The notes: generated by a model from the sequence alone, not told the origin. A stretch of DNA of 15,759 nt from Nanobdellati archaeon (GCA_019429125.1 JAHYJO010000022.1:1-15759); one strand, 5' to 3'. Shown: positions 1 to 8,468, numbered from the stretch's first letter. Translations and numbers: made by a program.

Positions 1-127
1 TTAGAACTTGAAAAAATAAAGAAAGTTAAATTGCAGAATGGAGAAATGGTAACAACTGAAGTGACGAAAAAGCAAAGAGATATTTTGGATGCGTTAAAAC
101 TATGTGCCTAAATAATGGGAGGTCAGG
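1..127 (+). mobile_element. 3' end of a probable IS1634-family insertion sequence (transposase C-terminus 1..111 plus right end ...GGAGGTCAGG)
   Basis: Frame +1 reads LELEKIKKVKLQNGEMVTTEVTKKQRDILDALKLCA* (TAA 109-111), which resembles archaeal IS1634-type transposase C-termini (E-x-TKKQ-x2-IL). An end-like GGTCAGG follows 16 nt after the stop. Family assignment is from recall; the element is truncated by the window edge. Confidence 0.65.
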
Positions 128-129
128 TT

Positions 130-243
130 ATTGATGATGAGTTATTACAACCAGTGAGATTGCATCGATTGAATCAGATTGCAATACATCAAATGAGATT
201 GTTGACTGAGAATAAAGGAGTTAAACTGTTAGAGGGTAAGTGA
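130..243 (+). pseudogene. C-terminal fragment of a probable KilA-N-domain DNA-binding protein, interrupted by the IS
   Basis: Immediately after the IS end the frame reads IDDELLQPVRLHRLNQIAIHQMRLLTENKGVKLLEGK* with no start codon of its own. RL-x2-LNQIAI-x-QM-x2-L resembles the conserved tail of KilA-N-containing proteins (from recall). Confidence 0.5.
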
Positions 244-252
244 TTGATGATT

Positions 253-271
253 ATTAAAAAAAGAAAAAAAA
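253..271 (-). terminator. Oligo-T archaeal terminator candidate
   Basis: The minus strand reads TTTTTTTTCTTTTTTTAAT just downstream of the stop at 282, between convergent genes. Confidence 0.45.
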
Positions 272-281
272 GAGAATAATC

Positions 282-755
282 TTATTTTGTTGCGAGAATA
301 ACATCAATTATATGCTGATCTTTTTCAGAAACAACCTCACCATATTCAATATTAGATTCTGTAAATTTAGTTACAGATCTAGCTATTTCATCCCAATCAG
401 AAGATTTATCAATCCTATTCATAAAACCATAAATTACATAAGTAGGTACTTGTTTTATTATAGGTTTTGATAATCCTTCTTCAGTAGCACCAAGACCCCT
501 TAGTGTTGCAGAAAATTGACCAGTTGCTGAATACTCATCAAGTGCATCTATTGCAACTTTAGCATCAGACATTTGTTCTTTTCGGATTTCATTGGACCTG
601 TCTTTTTGGCTACCTGTTAAAATTTCTGGTTGAACATATTCTATAACTCGAGGTGTATAGACCTTAGGTTTTTGAACATCACCAATAGGAGTATTTGATC
701 CGAATATATTTTTTATTGCAACATCTGCAACATCAATAGAACTTAATTCTGCCAT
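282..755 (-). CDS. Hypothetical protein (~157 aa, soluble, acidic)
   Basis: ORF track gives 282..797 from a GTG. ATG at 755 (MAELSSID) is preceded by GTGA, and the extra upstream stretch contains a TATA-like TATAAAG. No recognisable domain. Confidence 0.75.
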   Translation of the reverse strand: MAELSSIDVADVAIKNIFGSNTPIGDVQKPKVYTPRVIEYVQPEILTGSQKDRSNEIRKEQMSDAKVAIDALDEYSATGQFSATLRGLGATEEGLSKPIIKQVPTYVIYGFMNRIDKSSDWDEIARSVTKFTESNIEYGEVVSEKDQHIIDVILATK

Positions 756-876
756 AATAATCACAATAAGTAATGAGTATAGTTTAACTTTATACACCTT
801 GTTGTTATAACTGAGTTACAACTGCAGTTTCTTGTCTTTTTCAAATATAAAAGAGAAGTTAAAAAAATAAAATAAA

Positions 877-1314
877 TCATTCAATTATGTCTATTATACC
901 TTTAAGTGAGTTTTTCTTAGGATCTCTTTCTAATTGTCCTTTCTTAATTCGTTCGGCCTCAATTAAAGTATCGACAACGCCAGTCTTTTCAAGTAACGTT
1001 TCATATTGACCAATTGGTATTGGCGTACCAGTACCAATTATCTTTTCGTTTTTAAGATAGGATCTTAATTGATTTTTTAAATTATCATTTGAATATTGTG
1101 TAAGATTAATACTTTCAAGATGTTTTTTACCTTCACGAATAACCGTATCATATTCAGAGGAACCCAATGCATTCTTTCCAGTTACACCTGCTTTCATAGT
1201 ATCTAGTCTAACTAGACAAGATTCATAAGTATCTTTTCGGTTTGAATAGCTCTTATCTTTTGCAGCAGCTTCCAATAGTTTATTTTCAAGTATAGCTTTT
1301 TCAATTTCATCCAT
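877..1314 (-). CDS. Hypothetical protein (~145 aa)
   Basis: ORF track gives 877..1323. ATG at 1314 follows GTGA next to the upstream stop codon, suggesting an operon. No recognisable domain. Confidence 0.75.
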   Translation of the reverse strand: MDEIEKAILENKLLEAAAKDKSYSNRKDTYESCLVRLDTMKAGVTGKNALGSSEYDTVIREGKKHLESINLTQYSNDNLKNQLRSYLKNEKIIGTGTPIPIGQYETLLEKTGVVDTLIEAERIKKGQLERDPKKNSLKGIIDIIE

Positions 1315-1323
1315 ATCAATCAC

Positions 1324-2871
1324 TTATTTTTTATTTTTTGATTTATTTGATTCTTTTAATTCCTCGTCTAAACCAGCTAATGCACTTTTAGGAGTTTCCA
1401 CGAAAAAATTATTTAGGCTATTTTTTATTAGATTTTTATGCTCATCTGAAACAAAAAGATCCGTAGTATTTTGTTCTTCATGAGCTTTATGTTCTGCTTC
1501 AGATTTATCAACTATTTTTAGCACATAGGATCGTACAGCATCAACAACCTGATCTTTATTATTAGACTGATTTAACCATTCTTTCAATACACCCACTTTT
1601 AGTTTCCCATCAAACTCTGTGTTTGTATTATGGATATCACTACATAAAGTACCTAATAATGACTTATTTACAACATGACCCATTAAATCTGCAGTCACCT
1701 CAAGAGTTAATGGACTTAAAAATGCCTCAGTTATTGAAATTTCATAATCCTCTTTATAACTAAGAGTATTTAGATTATTACCTAAAACCTTAAATATATC
1801 ATTAATCTTGTTTTCAATATATTTTTGATCAGTATCCTCTATTGTTTTTAATATAGTACCGAACATAGCAGGGATATTATGACGATTAGTTACTTCAGAT
1901 GTATCCTTAAGTGTATTATATACTGAGAAAATTCGGTCTCTGGAAAAAATATCTGCCTTTTTAGCCTCTTTTTCAAGGCGTTCAAGAATAAATTTAATAT
2001 CAATATTATAAGTATCAGCAACCCTTAAAGTTTCTTTGAAATCTTCAACAATGTTGTTATCTAAATCAGTCAAATCAGAATTAAGTTTATAGGTAATATC
2101 ATCAATAATCTTATCATAATCTTCTTTGTTTTTAATTTGAAATGATTTAAACTCTTTTGTAATATTTTGGCCTTTTGATTTTGCATCAGAGATTATATAT
2201 CCAACTTTATCTTTTTGTAATATTTTTTCAGTAAGTGCATCAGTTAAATTCTTATTAAGATGTTTTTTGAAAACAGTATTGTCTGACACAAGTTCATAGA
2301 CTGCTGAAAGGTGGTCTTTGTATTCTTTATCTGTTAGTTTTTCAGAATCTATAGGTTTTTGAGTTTCATCGTTTAGAAGTTGTTTTTCTTTTATGTCATA
2401 TTTAGTTTGGATCTCATCAAAATCATCGGGAAGATTCTTAAATAAATCAGTCTTATATTTTTGTTTTGCATCAGTTAAAGTATCTATATCTAAATTGTTA
2501 ATTTCAGCCCCCAACTTAGTTTTTAATCCGTCTACCTTATCTTCAAGAAGCGTATCACGTTCGTCTAAAAGCTTATTGAGTGTTTGATAATTGGATTCAT
2601 CTAGAGATTCCGTTTTATTCATTATCTTATTTGCTTGTTTGTTTGAGCCAGTATTTGCAGTGTATGTTTTTTTAATTTGTTGTTTTGCTTTTCCAAGAGG
2701 AGAATAAGAACCAACAACCGAATTAACAATCCCACCGATTTTAAGTTCATCATTTATTGCATTTACATATTTTTTACGTCCATCTTCAGAGATATTTTGA
2801 TCCCAAGACCCATAATCTGCTGACACAGCACCTTTAGACCCAATAGAAATCTCAGTGACAGGTCTATTCAA
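1324..2871 (-). CDS. Hypothetical large K/D/E-rich alpha-helical protein; may extend to 3081 with an N-terminal membrane anchor
   Basis: 515-aa ORF from TTG with no RBS. The frame stays open for 70 more codons to ATT at 3081, which is preceded by GGGTGA (see findings). Confidence 0.8.
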   Translation of the reverse strand: MNRPVTEISIGSKGAVSADYGSWDQNISEDGRKKYVNAINDELKIGGIVNSVVGSYSPLGKAKQQIKKTYTANTGSNKQANKIMNKTESLDESNYQTLNKLLDERDTLLEDKVDGLKTKLGAEINNLDIDTLTDAKQKYKTDLFKNLPDDFDEIQTKYDIKEKQLLNDETQKPIDSEKLTDKEYKDHLSAVYELVSDNTVFKKHLNKNLTDALTEKILQKDKVGYIISDAKSKGQNITKEFKSFQIKNKEDYDKIIDDITYKLNSDLTDLDNNIVEDFKETLRVADTYNIDIKFILERLEKEAKKADIFSRDRIFSVYNTLKDTSEVTNRHNIPAMFGTILKTIEDTDQKYIENKINDIFKVLGNNLNTLSYKEDYEISITEAFLSPLTLEVTADLMGHVVNKSLLGTLCSDIHNTNTEFDGKLKVGVLKEWLNQSNNKDQVVDAVRSYVLKIVDKSEAEHKAHEEQNTTDLFVSDEHKNLIKNSLNNFFVETPKSALAGLDEELKESNKSKNKK

Positions 2872-3096
2872 ACTGTGTACATCTAAAATTTTATTAATAA
2901 TATTATTTTTGTAAGGATTATCTTTAATGAATTGATTAAGATTTTTTAAATCAAGTGATGATGTTTTACCATCAAATTTAACTAATATATGTTGATTTGA
3001 ATAAGTATCATTTCTTTTTTTAAGAAACCCAAGAGTAAGTAAAGAAAAAATAATTAAAAAAAGAAAAAATATGGTTTGAATTTAGATCACCCGTGA

Positions 3097-3954
3097 TTAG
3101 ACATCCAAAGCATTTGAAACTGTTTCTTTAACGCCTAGTTGAGTTACATTAGCTCTTACTTTTTCAAGATTTTTTCTTTGTTCCACAATTGCATTATAGT
3201 CATTTTTACATTCATTAACTAAACTAGCTAATTCCACCATACCAGATCCAGTACCAGAAACCGTATTGAATGCGTTTTGGAGTTGAATTAAGTTCTCTTT
3301 TATGGGATTATCCCTGGATATTCCCTTTATATTTTTTTCTATTTCATCAAGGTTTTTTTTATTCATTTGTGATTTATTTTGACTTCCTGCTGCAAGGATG
3401 TTTAAACCATAGAAAACGATATTATGTAAATGTCCTTCATCCGCTAAAACTTTATTAAGTTCATCATTTACATAGGTCATTTCATTTTTATTAATTTGAT
3501 TTGCGATTTTATTTGCTTTTTGTTCAAATCCCGCAGTATCAGCTCCTTTTTGTCTATTTTTTACCCAACCATATGATGAAAAAAGAATTCCCAAGAATAA
3601 GAATATCAACATAGTTATTAATCCTAAACTCAATAAAGCTCCCATTAAATTAAATGTAACTAAGTTATACATTAAAATTAATGAACCACCTAAACCAATG
3701 CCCCACACTACTTTCGTATTTCCATCGAAAATCTTAAGGACTTCTAAAAATCCACCAATCATCAAAGCAAATGTAATCATGATGATGATACCTTCAAGAG
3801 AATCTAAACCAAAGGGTGTAAGCACACCAACAGAAAGACTTTTTAATGGTGCCAAGACACTACTAATCGAGGTTGCTGCAAAAGCAAATCCTGCAGATAA
3901 GATTAACATCAATGAAAAGCTTATCATCCCCAATAATACATTTTTATTTTTCAT
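3097..3954 (-). CDS. Membrane protein: signal peptide + multi-TM core (G-x7-F variant of the paralog motif) + C-terminal coiled coil
   Basis: GAGGT RBS. MKNKN-hydrophobic-AFA Sec-type signal; core GGFLEVLKIFD; Y-G-W-x-KN after the last TM, as in the two adjacent paralogs. Confidence 0.85.
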   Translation of the reverse strand: MKNKNVLLGMISFSLMLILSAGFAFAATSISSVLAPLKSLSVGVLTPFGLDSLEGIIIMITFALMIGGFLEVLKIFDGNTKVVWGIGLGGSLILMYNLVTFNLMGALLSLGLITMLIFLFLGILFSSYGWVKNRQKGADTAGFEQKANKIANQINKNEMTYVNDELNKVLADEGHLHNIVFYGLNILAAGSQNKSQMNKKNLDEIEKNIKGISRDNPIKENLIQLQNAFNTVSGTGSGMVELASLVNECKNDYNAIVEQRKNLEKVRANVTQLGVKETVSNALDV

Positions 3955-3995
3955 ATTTAAAACCTCTTATTTTATTAATTATTTTTTAACATCAT

Positions 3996-4853
3996 TTATC
4001 GACTTATAATCGCATGTAAATCTTTATGTGCTTCTTTCAGATATCTATCACGGTGACTAATCAATAATTCTATATGTTGTTTTATGACGTTCCTCTTTTC
4101 AGTTAAATTTAAATAGTATTTTCCTGTTTTAATATTATCTATATCATCCTTATAATTGCCATCATCATTAGTAATCAACTTATATATTTGATTATCAATT
4201 TTAGTCAGTTCACCTTTAGCTGAAGATATTTTTGTATCAATTTTTTTTGCAGTATCTTGAGATCGTTTCATACTATCAACATGTATATTCCCTATAGTTA
4301 TATGTTTTTGACCTTCAACATACATATTTTTATAACCCCAACCAATCATTAGGATGAACAAAAAGATATAAAGCAAAAATACAGTTGTTCCTGTCAAAAT
4401 AGACATTAACGATACAAACATGATTCGATATACACCTAAAGGTGCCATGAATAAAGATAAAACAAGTGCTATATATTTTTGTATTTTTGCATCAAAAAGA
4501 TTAACCTCCTTAAGTATTCCTAAAAACATAAGGAATGCTAAAGCAATTGGCATTATTACATAATATAAGAAATTCCCACCACGGAGACCATAACCTTTAC
4601 ACCGTGTATCTGCATCAGTAGATGAGATTTCACTTGCAGAATAAGTTGTGCCGTCTGCTTTTATATTACACACGCCGAATGTATCTAATATTAAGAAATA
4701 GATATCAGTAAATATACCTTCGCCACCAGTAACAATACCACTAACTTGATAATCCGATGGACCTGCTGCAGTAACACTATTACCTGCAAAAAATCCTGCG
4801 AATAAGATACCTAGCATTAATATTAATATCTGTTTTTTTGTTACCATGTTCAT
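3996..4853 (-). CDS. Membrane protein: signal peptide + P-x9-G-x7-F multi-TM core + C-terminal coiled coil
   Basis: ATGA start/stop overlap with the upstream gene at 4850-4853. Clear paralog of 4850..5626 (RGG, APLG-x-YR, LLYIFLF, GYKNM, GNI). A Cys pair flanks a short predicted external loop. Confidence 0.85.
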   Translation of the reverse strand: MNMVTKKQILILMLGILFAGFFAGNSVTAAGPSDYQVSGIVTGGEGIFTDIYFLILDTFGVCNIKADGTTYSASEISSTDADTRCKGYGLRGGNFLYYVIMPIALAFLMFLGILKEVNLFDAKIQKYIALVLSLFMAPLGVYRIMFVSLMSILTGTTVFLLYIFLFILMIGWGYKNMYVEGQKHITIGNIHVDSMKRSQDTAKKIDTKISSAKGELTKIDNQIYKLITNDDGNYKDDIDNIKTGKYYLNLTEKRNVIKQHIELLISHRDRYLKEAHKDLHAIISR

Positions 4854-5626
4854 CTACTTGCACCTATTGTATTCTTTAATCCTTTTATAATTTCTGCATT
4901 TCGGTTCTTTAAATGTTCACACAGAATCTCTCTGTGGTTATCTAAATTTTGTATTTTTAGTGATAACTTATCGTATTTTTTTAGATCATCCTTAGGTGAT
5001 ATTTCTGATTGCTTATTTCTTAAATGAGATAATTGATCTGAGATATCATCAATTTGCCTGATTAATTTTTTTGAACCGTTTTTTGCATCTTTCATATCCT
5101 TAATATAAATATTGCCTGCTGTAAAATCACCTAAACCTATTGAAAACATATTCTTATAACCATAACCTAATATCGCAACAAACAAAAATATGTACAATAA
5201 TGTTGCAGTCCCTGCTGTCATGAACCCAGTGACCATAAAGAAGAAACGCCTGTATAGACCAAGTGGTGCAAGCATCAATGCAAGCAAAAGTGGTATGCCT
5301 TTGTTTATCCAGTCCTCATCAAACAGCCGAAGCTTCATAATGATACCATAAAACATCATAAACGCTAAAAGAATAGGAATAAGTACAAAAGAGAATAGGT
5401 AACCACCACGAATCTGCATATCTTCCATAGGTATCCCAAAGAAGTCGGCAATCAACTGATAAGTCCAGGCAAGTATGCCATTTAAATCAAAATTTAATGA
5501 TGAAGAAGATGAAGAAAACCCAACCTGAGAGGAACCAGGTGTTGATATGTCAAAAGCATAGACTGATGAAGATAACATTAAGAGTACAGCTATAAATGCA
5601 AAAATAAGGATTTGTCTTGTTCTCAT
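4850..5626 (-). CDS. Membrane protein: signal peptide + P-x9-G-x7-F multi-TM core + C-terminal coiled coil
   Basis: ORF track starts at TTG 5638. ATG at 5626 (MRTRQILIF...SVYA) has a GGTG RBS. Ser-rich linker, core IPILLAFMMFYGIIMKLRLFDE and heptad-like C-terminus. Confidence 0.85.
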   Translation of the reverse strand: MRTRQILIFAFIAVLLMLSSSVYAFDISTPGSSQVGFSSSSSSLNFDLNGILAWTYQLIADFFGIPMEDMQIRGGYLFSFVLIPILLAFMMFYGIIMKLRLFDEDWINKGIPLLLALMLAPLGLYRRFFFMVTGFMTAGTATLLYIFLFVAILGYGYKNMFSIGLGDFTAGNIYIKDMKDAKNGSKKLIRQIDDISDQLSHLRNKQSEISPKDDLKKYDKLSLKIQNLDNHREILCEHLKNRNAEIIKGLKNTIGASR

Positions 5627-5655
5627 GTTCAACACCAATAGTTAGGCACCCTGTG

Positions 5656-5670
5656 TTTATATTCTTTTTT
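5656..5670 (-). promoter_or_regulatory. Putative BRE/TATA promoter of the minus-strand membrane-protein operon
   Basis: The minus strand reads AAAAAAGA-ATATAAA about 30 nt upstream of the ATG at 5626. Confidence 0.45.
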
Positions 5671-6027
5671 ATTTTTGATTCAGTTTTTATCAATTATTTA
5701 ACGAATCATGGGGATTTTTGCTACTTGAAATTAATAGAACTATTTGAGTATATATACGTTTCGGTTTTATTTTTTATTGAGAGGGCATTATTTATTTACA
5801 AAAGTTCATGCAGTACAAAAATGATATAAAATAGTATTATAACAGAATAATCCTAATCTTCAACTACCTATTTTGGAGGGATTGCTCTATTTTTGGCAGT
5901 AACTATAAAAACAAGCAGTTAACTTAACTGTTTTATATTATGATTTTTATTCAAATTTAGGTATAATAACTTAATTTGTCTGAATTTAATAATCTAAACA
6001 CCATTTTATATTTAAATATTCTATAAG

Positions 6028-6048
6028 CACTCCAACACCATTGGAGTG
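6028..6048. repeat. 8-bp inverted repeat with 5-nt spacer (CACTCCAA-cacca-TTGGAGTG)
   Basis: Perfect arms read directly from the sequence, followed by TTTT. Confidence 0.7.
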
Positions 6049-6164
6049 TTTTGACAATTTACCCCAATGGCAATGGAGACTTTAGTCAAGATGGTCTTAA
6101 AATTATTGTTAAACCAGTCTGGAAATGGATGCTTGAATGATTTTTCATCAAAACTGTGCATTTC

Positions 6165-6180
6165 GTGCAGTTAACTGCAC
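6165..6180. promoter_or_regulatory. Perfect 16-bp palindrome GTGCAGTTAACTGCAC, candidate operator
   Basis: Self-complementary, about 60 nt upstream of the TATA box at 6240. A related IR, CAGTTAA-C-TTAACTG, lies at 5916-5930. Function is inferred. Confidence 0.55.
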
Positions 6181-6231
6181 AAAAAACATATAAAGTTGTG
6201 CATTTGATGTTCGGACTGAGACCCCATAAAA

Positions 6232-6247
6232 CCGAAACATTTAAATA
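6232..6247 (+). promoter_or_regulatory. Archaeal BRE + TATA promoter (CCGAAA-ca-TTTAAATA)
   Basis: Near-consensus BRE/TATA 38 nt upstream of the ATG at 6285; GGTG RBS at 6276-6279. Confidence 0.7.
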
Positions 6248-6284
6248 TCGTTAATGTTAATAATTATATTAATAAGGTGTTAAT

Positions 6285-6863
6285 ATGAATCTTTATGACT
6301 TGATTGGGAACCTACAGGATGTAGGATTTTATGATATACTGTTGCCCTGGGCATTGTTTTTTGCAATAGTGTATGGACTTTTAACTAAGGTTGGACCGTT
6401 TAGTGGATCTGAACAGAAAAGTATAGTATCTATAATATCGATGGTTGTCGCATTCTTTATAGTTGGGTATACTCCGTTTGGTGCAACATTTGGTGTCTAT
6501 CTTGCCGAACTGTTTGGAAAGAGCGGAACAATACTTGCAGGTCTTCTTGTAGCATCATTATTCTTAGGTATGGCGGGATTAAAATTGCCTGACGGTTTTG
6601 GAAAAGATGATAGTAAAAAGACAATTAATTTTGCGATAATTGTATTATTAATTGTAGGTGTAATATATTTCACAACAGGTTTTGATAACATCATCAATTT
6701 CAGTTCACCAAGCATTGCAGAAGATACAATCGTTACATTGCTTGTGATACTTGCTCTTGCCGGTGGAATATTCATGATGATGAAAGGTAATGGGGAAAAT
6801 AATGGAAATGTTGCCAGTGATAATACAGACAATACCCCAACAAAACCTGCCCAACCACAATAA
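6285..6863 (+). CDS. Small polytopic membrane protein, paralog array copy 1
   Basis: About 5 hydrophobic segments; GFYDILLPWALFFAIVYGLLTKVGPF motif; RBS and promoter present. Confidence 0.9.
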   Translation: MNLYDLIGNLQDVGFYDILLPWALFFAIVYGLLTKVGPFSGSEQKSIVSIISMVVAFFIVGYTPFGATFGVYLAELFGKSGTILAGLLVASLFLGMAGLKLPDGFGKDDSKKTINFAIIVLLIVGVIYFTTGFDNIINFSSPSIAEDTIVTLLVILALAGGIFMMMKGNGENNGNVASDNTDNTPTKPAQPQ

Positions 6864-6889
6864 CTTAAAAGATAAAACGGTGATAATGA

Positions 6890-7408
6890 ATGAACCTATA
6901 TGATCTTATTGGGAACCTGAAAGATGTCGGATTTTATGACATACTACTGCCTTGGGCACTGTTTTTTGCCATGATATATGGTCTTCTGACAACTGTCGGA
7001 CCTTTCAAGACTAAAGCTGAAGAGGATGGTAAAGAAGATACACCACCGGGAATACCTGCAATGATTTCCATGGTTATCGCATTTTTTATAATCACATACA
7101 CGCCGTTCGGGCTCAATTTAGGTTCATATCTTGCAACTATTTTCGGACAAAGCGGTACAATTCTTGTCGGACTTTTGGTCATCCTAATATTTTTAGGTAT
7201 GGCTGGAATCAATATGGAAAATGAGACATTTAAAGATCATAAAACAAAAATTGCGTTCGCACTGATTGCAATTGTTGCAGTAATATATATAAGCACAAGT
7301 AATCTGTTGAGTTGGATTAACATACCAGGAATAAGTGAAGAGACAATTGCAACATTACTTATGCTTGCTGTAATTATAGGTGGAGTCGTTTGGCTCACTA
7401 AAAAATAA
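6890..7408 (+). CDS. Small polytopic membrane protein, paralog array copy 2
   Basis: N-terminus nearly identical in protein to copy 1; GGTGA RBS. Confidence 0.9.
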   Translation: MNLYDLIGNLKDVGFYDILLPWALFFAMIYGLLTTVGPFKTKAEEDGKEDTPPGIPAMISMVIAFFIITYTPFGLNLGSYLATIFGQSGTILVGLLVILIFLGMAGINMENETFKDHKTKIAFALIAIVAVIYISTSNLLSWINIPGISEETIATLLMLAVIIGGVVWLTKK

Positions 7409-7421
7409 GAGATGAATAATT

Positions 7422-7952
7422 ATGGTAGGGATGGAAGTACTCATAGGCAATATGAACACTATCGGGTTCTATGACTTTTTCCTACCATTTATATTATTTG
7501 TTGCAATCATATTCGGACTTCTGCAGAAAAATAAGGTTTTCGGAGAAACAGACACGAAAGGAATTGATGGTGTTGTCGCCATGAGTGTGTCGTTTTTTGT
7601 TATAAATTACACAGCAATAGGACTATATTTCTCTACACTTTTTGCAATAGGTGCAACTATAATCGGTGCAATACTTGTAGGGGTAATAATCTTAGGTATG
7701 GTAGGTATTGACATTGGAGGATTATTAGATGAAGAGAACAACAAGAAAATGAGATTGCCAATAGTTGCTGCCACAGGAGTTGTAGTCATTATCCTTTTCC
7801 TTTTTGCCAGCGGACTTTATGAAAAGCTTAGTGATTTCATACCACCAATTGGAGAAGATACGATTGTCACAATTGTTGCAGTATTATTCTTTATTGTGGT
7901 CTTTATGATGATTACAGGAACAGGTAAAAAGAATGGTGGCTCAGGCAACTGA
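7422..7952 (+). CDS. Small polytopic membrane protein, paralog array copy 3
   Basis: GFYDFFLPFILFVAIIFGLLQKNKVF motif; EDTIVT shared with copy 1. Confidence 0.9.
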   Translation: MVGMEVLIGNMNTIGFYDFFLPFILFVAIIFGLLQKNKVFGETDTKGIDGVVAMSVSFFVINYTAIGLYFSTLFAIGATIIGAILVGVIILGMVGIDIGGLLDEENNKKMRLPIVAATGVVVIILFLFASGLYEKLSDFIPPIGEDTIVTIVAVLFFIVVFMMITGTGKKNGGSGN

Positions 7953-7988
7953 ATAACAATATAGATATCAAATGATTATGTGATATAG

Positions 7989-8468
7989 ATGACATTTTAT
8001 TTCAGTACGCTTTTAGGGAACTTGAATGAAGTAGGGTTCTATGACTTTTTCTTACCTTTTGTGCTGTTTACAACTCTTACTTATGCACTCTTTCGAAAAA
8101 TCAAGCTGTTTGATGAAGGAGTGGCACTTGATGCTATGTTTGCAATGAGTATAGGGTTTTTCATTATAAATTACAGCACACTTGGGATCTATCTATCACA
8201 TCTTTTCTCAGTTGCAGGAGTGTTTATTGCACTTCTTGTCGCAATTGTGTTGATTACTGCAACACTTGGTGTTGACTTGCCAACATATATGTCAGAACAG
8301 CAGGGGACTGCTATTGCATTAGTCGTATTAATCGCAGTGTTTGTACTTCTTGAATCAGATATCGGGAATTTTTTAGGAAATATAGACGGAATTATTATAA
8401 AAGTAATAATACTTATCACAGTACTTATCGCAATGATGACACTTATGGCAAAAAAGGTAGTCACCTAA
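7989..8468 (+). CDS. Small polytopic membrane protein, paralog array copy 4
   Basis: GFYDFFLPFVLFTTLTYALFRKIKLFDE motif; closest to copy 3; GTGA RBS. Confidence 0.9.
   Translation: MTFYFSTLLGNLNEVGFYDFFLPFVLFTTLTYALFRKIKLFDEGVALDAMFAMSIGFFIINYSTLGIYLSHLFSVAGVFIALLVAIVLITATLGVDLPTYMSEQQGTAIALVVLIAVFVLLESDIGNFLGNIDGIIIKVIILITVLIAMMTLMAKKVVT

Noticed and set aside
3097-5626. Type IV pilins
   Set aside because: The N-termini look like Sec signals with cleavage after the hydrophobic stretch (AFA, VTA, VYA), not class III K/R-G sites before it.
5617-5829. 70-aa + strand ORF
   Set aside because: TTG start, overlaps the start and promoter of the opposite gene, and has the F/I/Y-biased composition of AT-rich non-coding DNA.
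6030-6130. Replication origin with ORB-like boxes (CCATTGGAG, CAATGGAGAC, CCAGTCTGGAAAT)
   Set aside because: Matches are short and inconsistent, lack the G-string, and no cdc6/orc1 gene is nearby.
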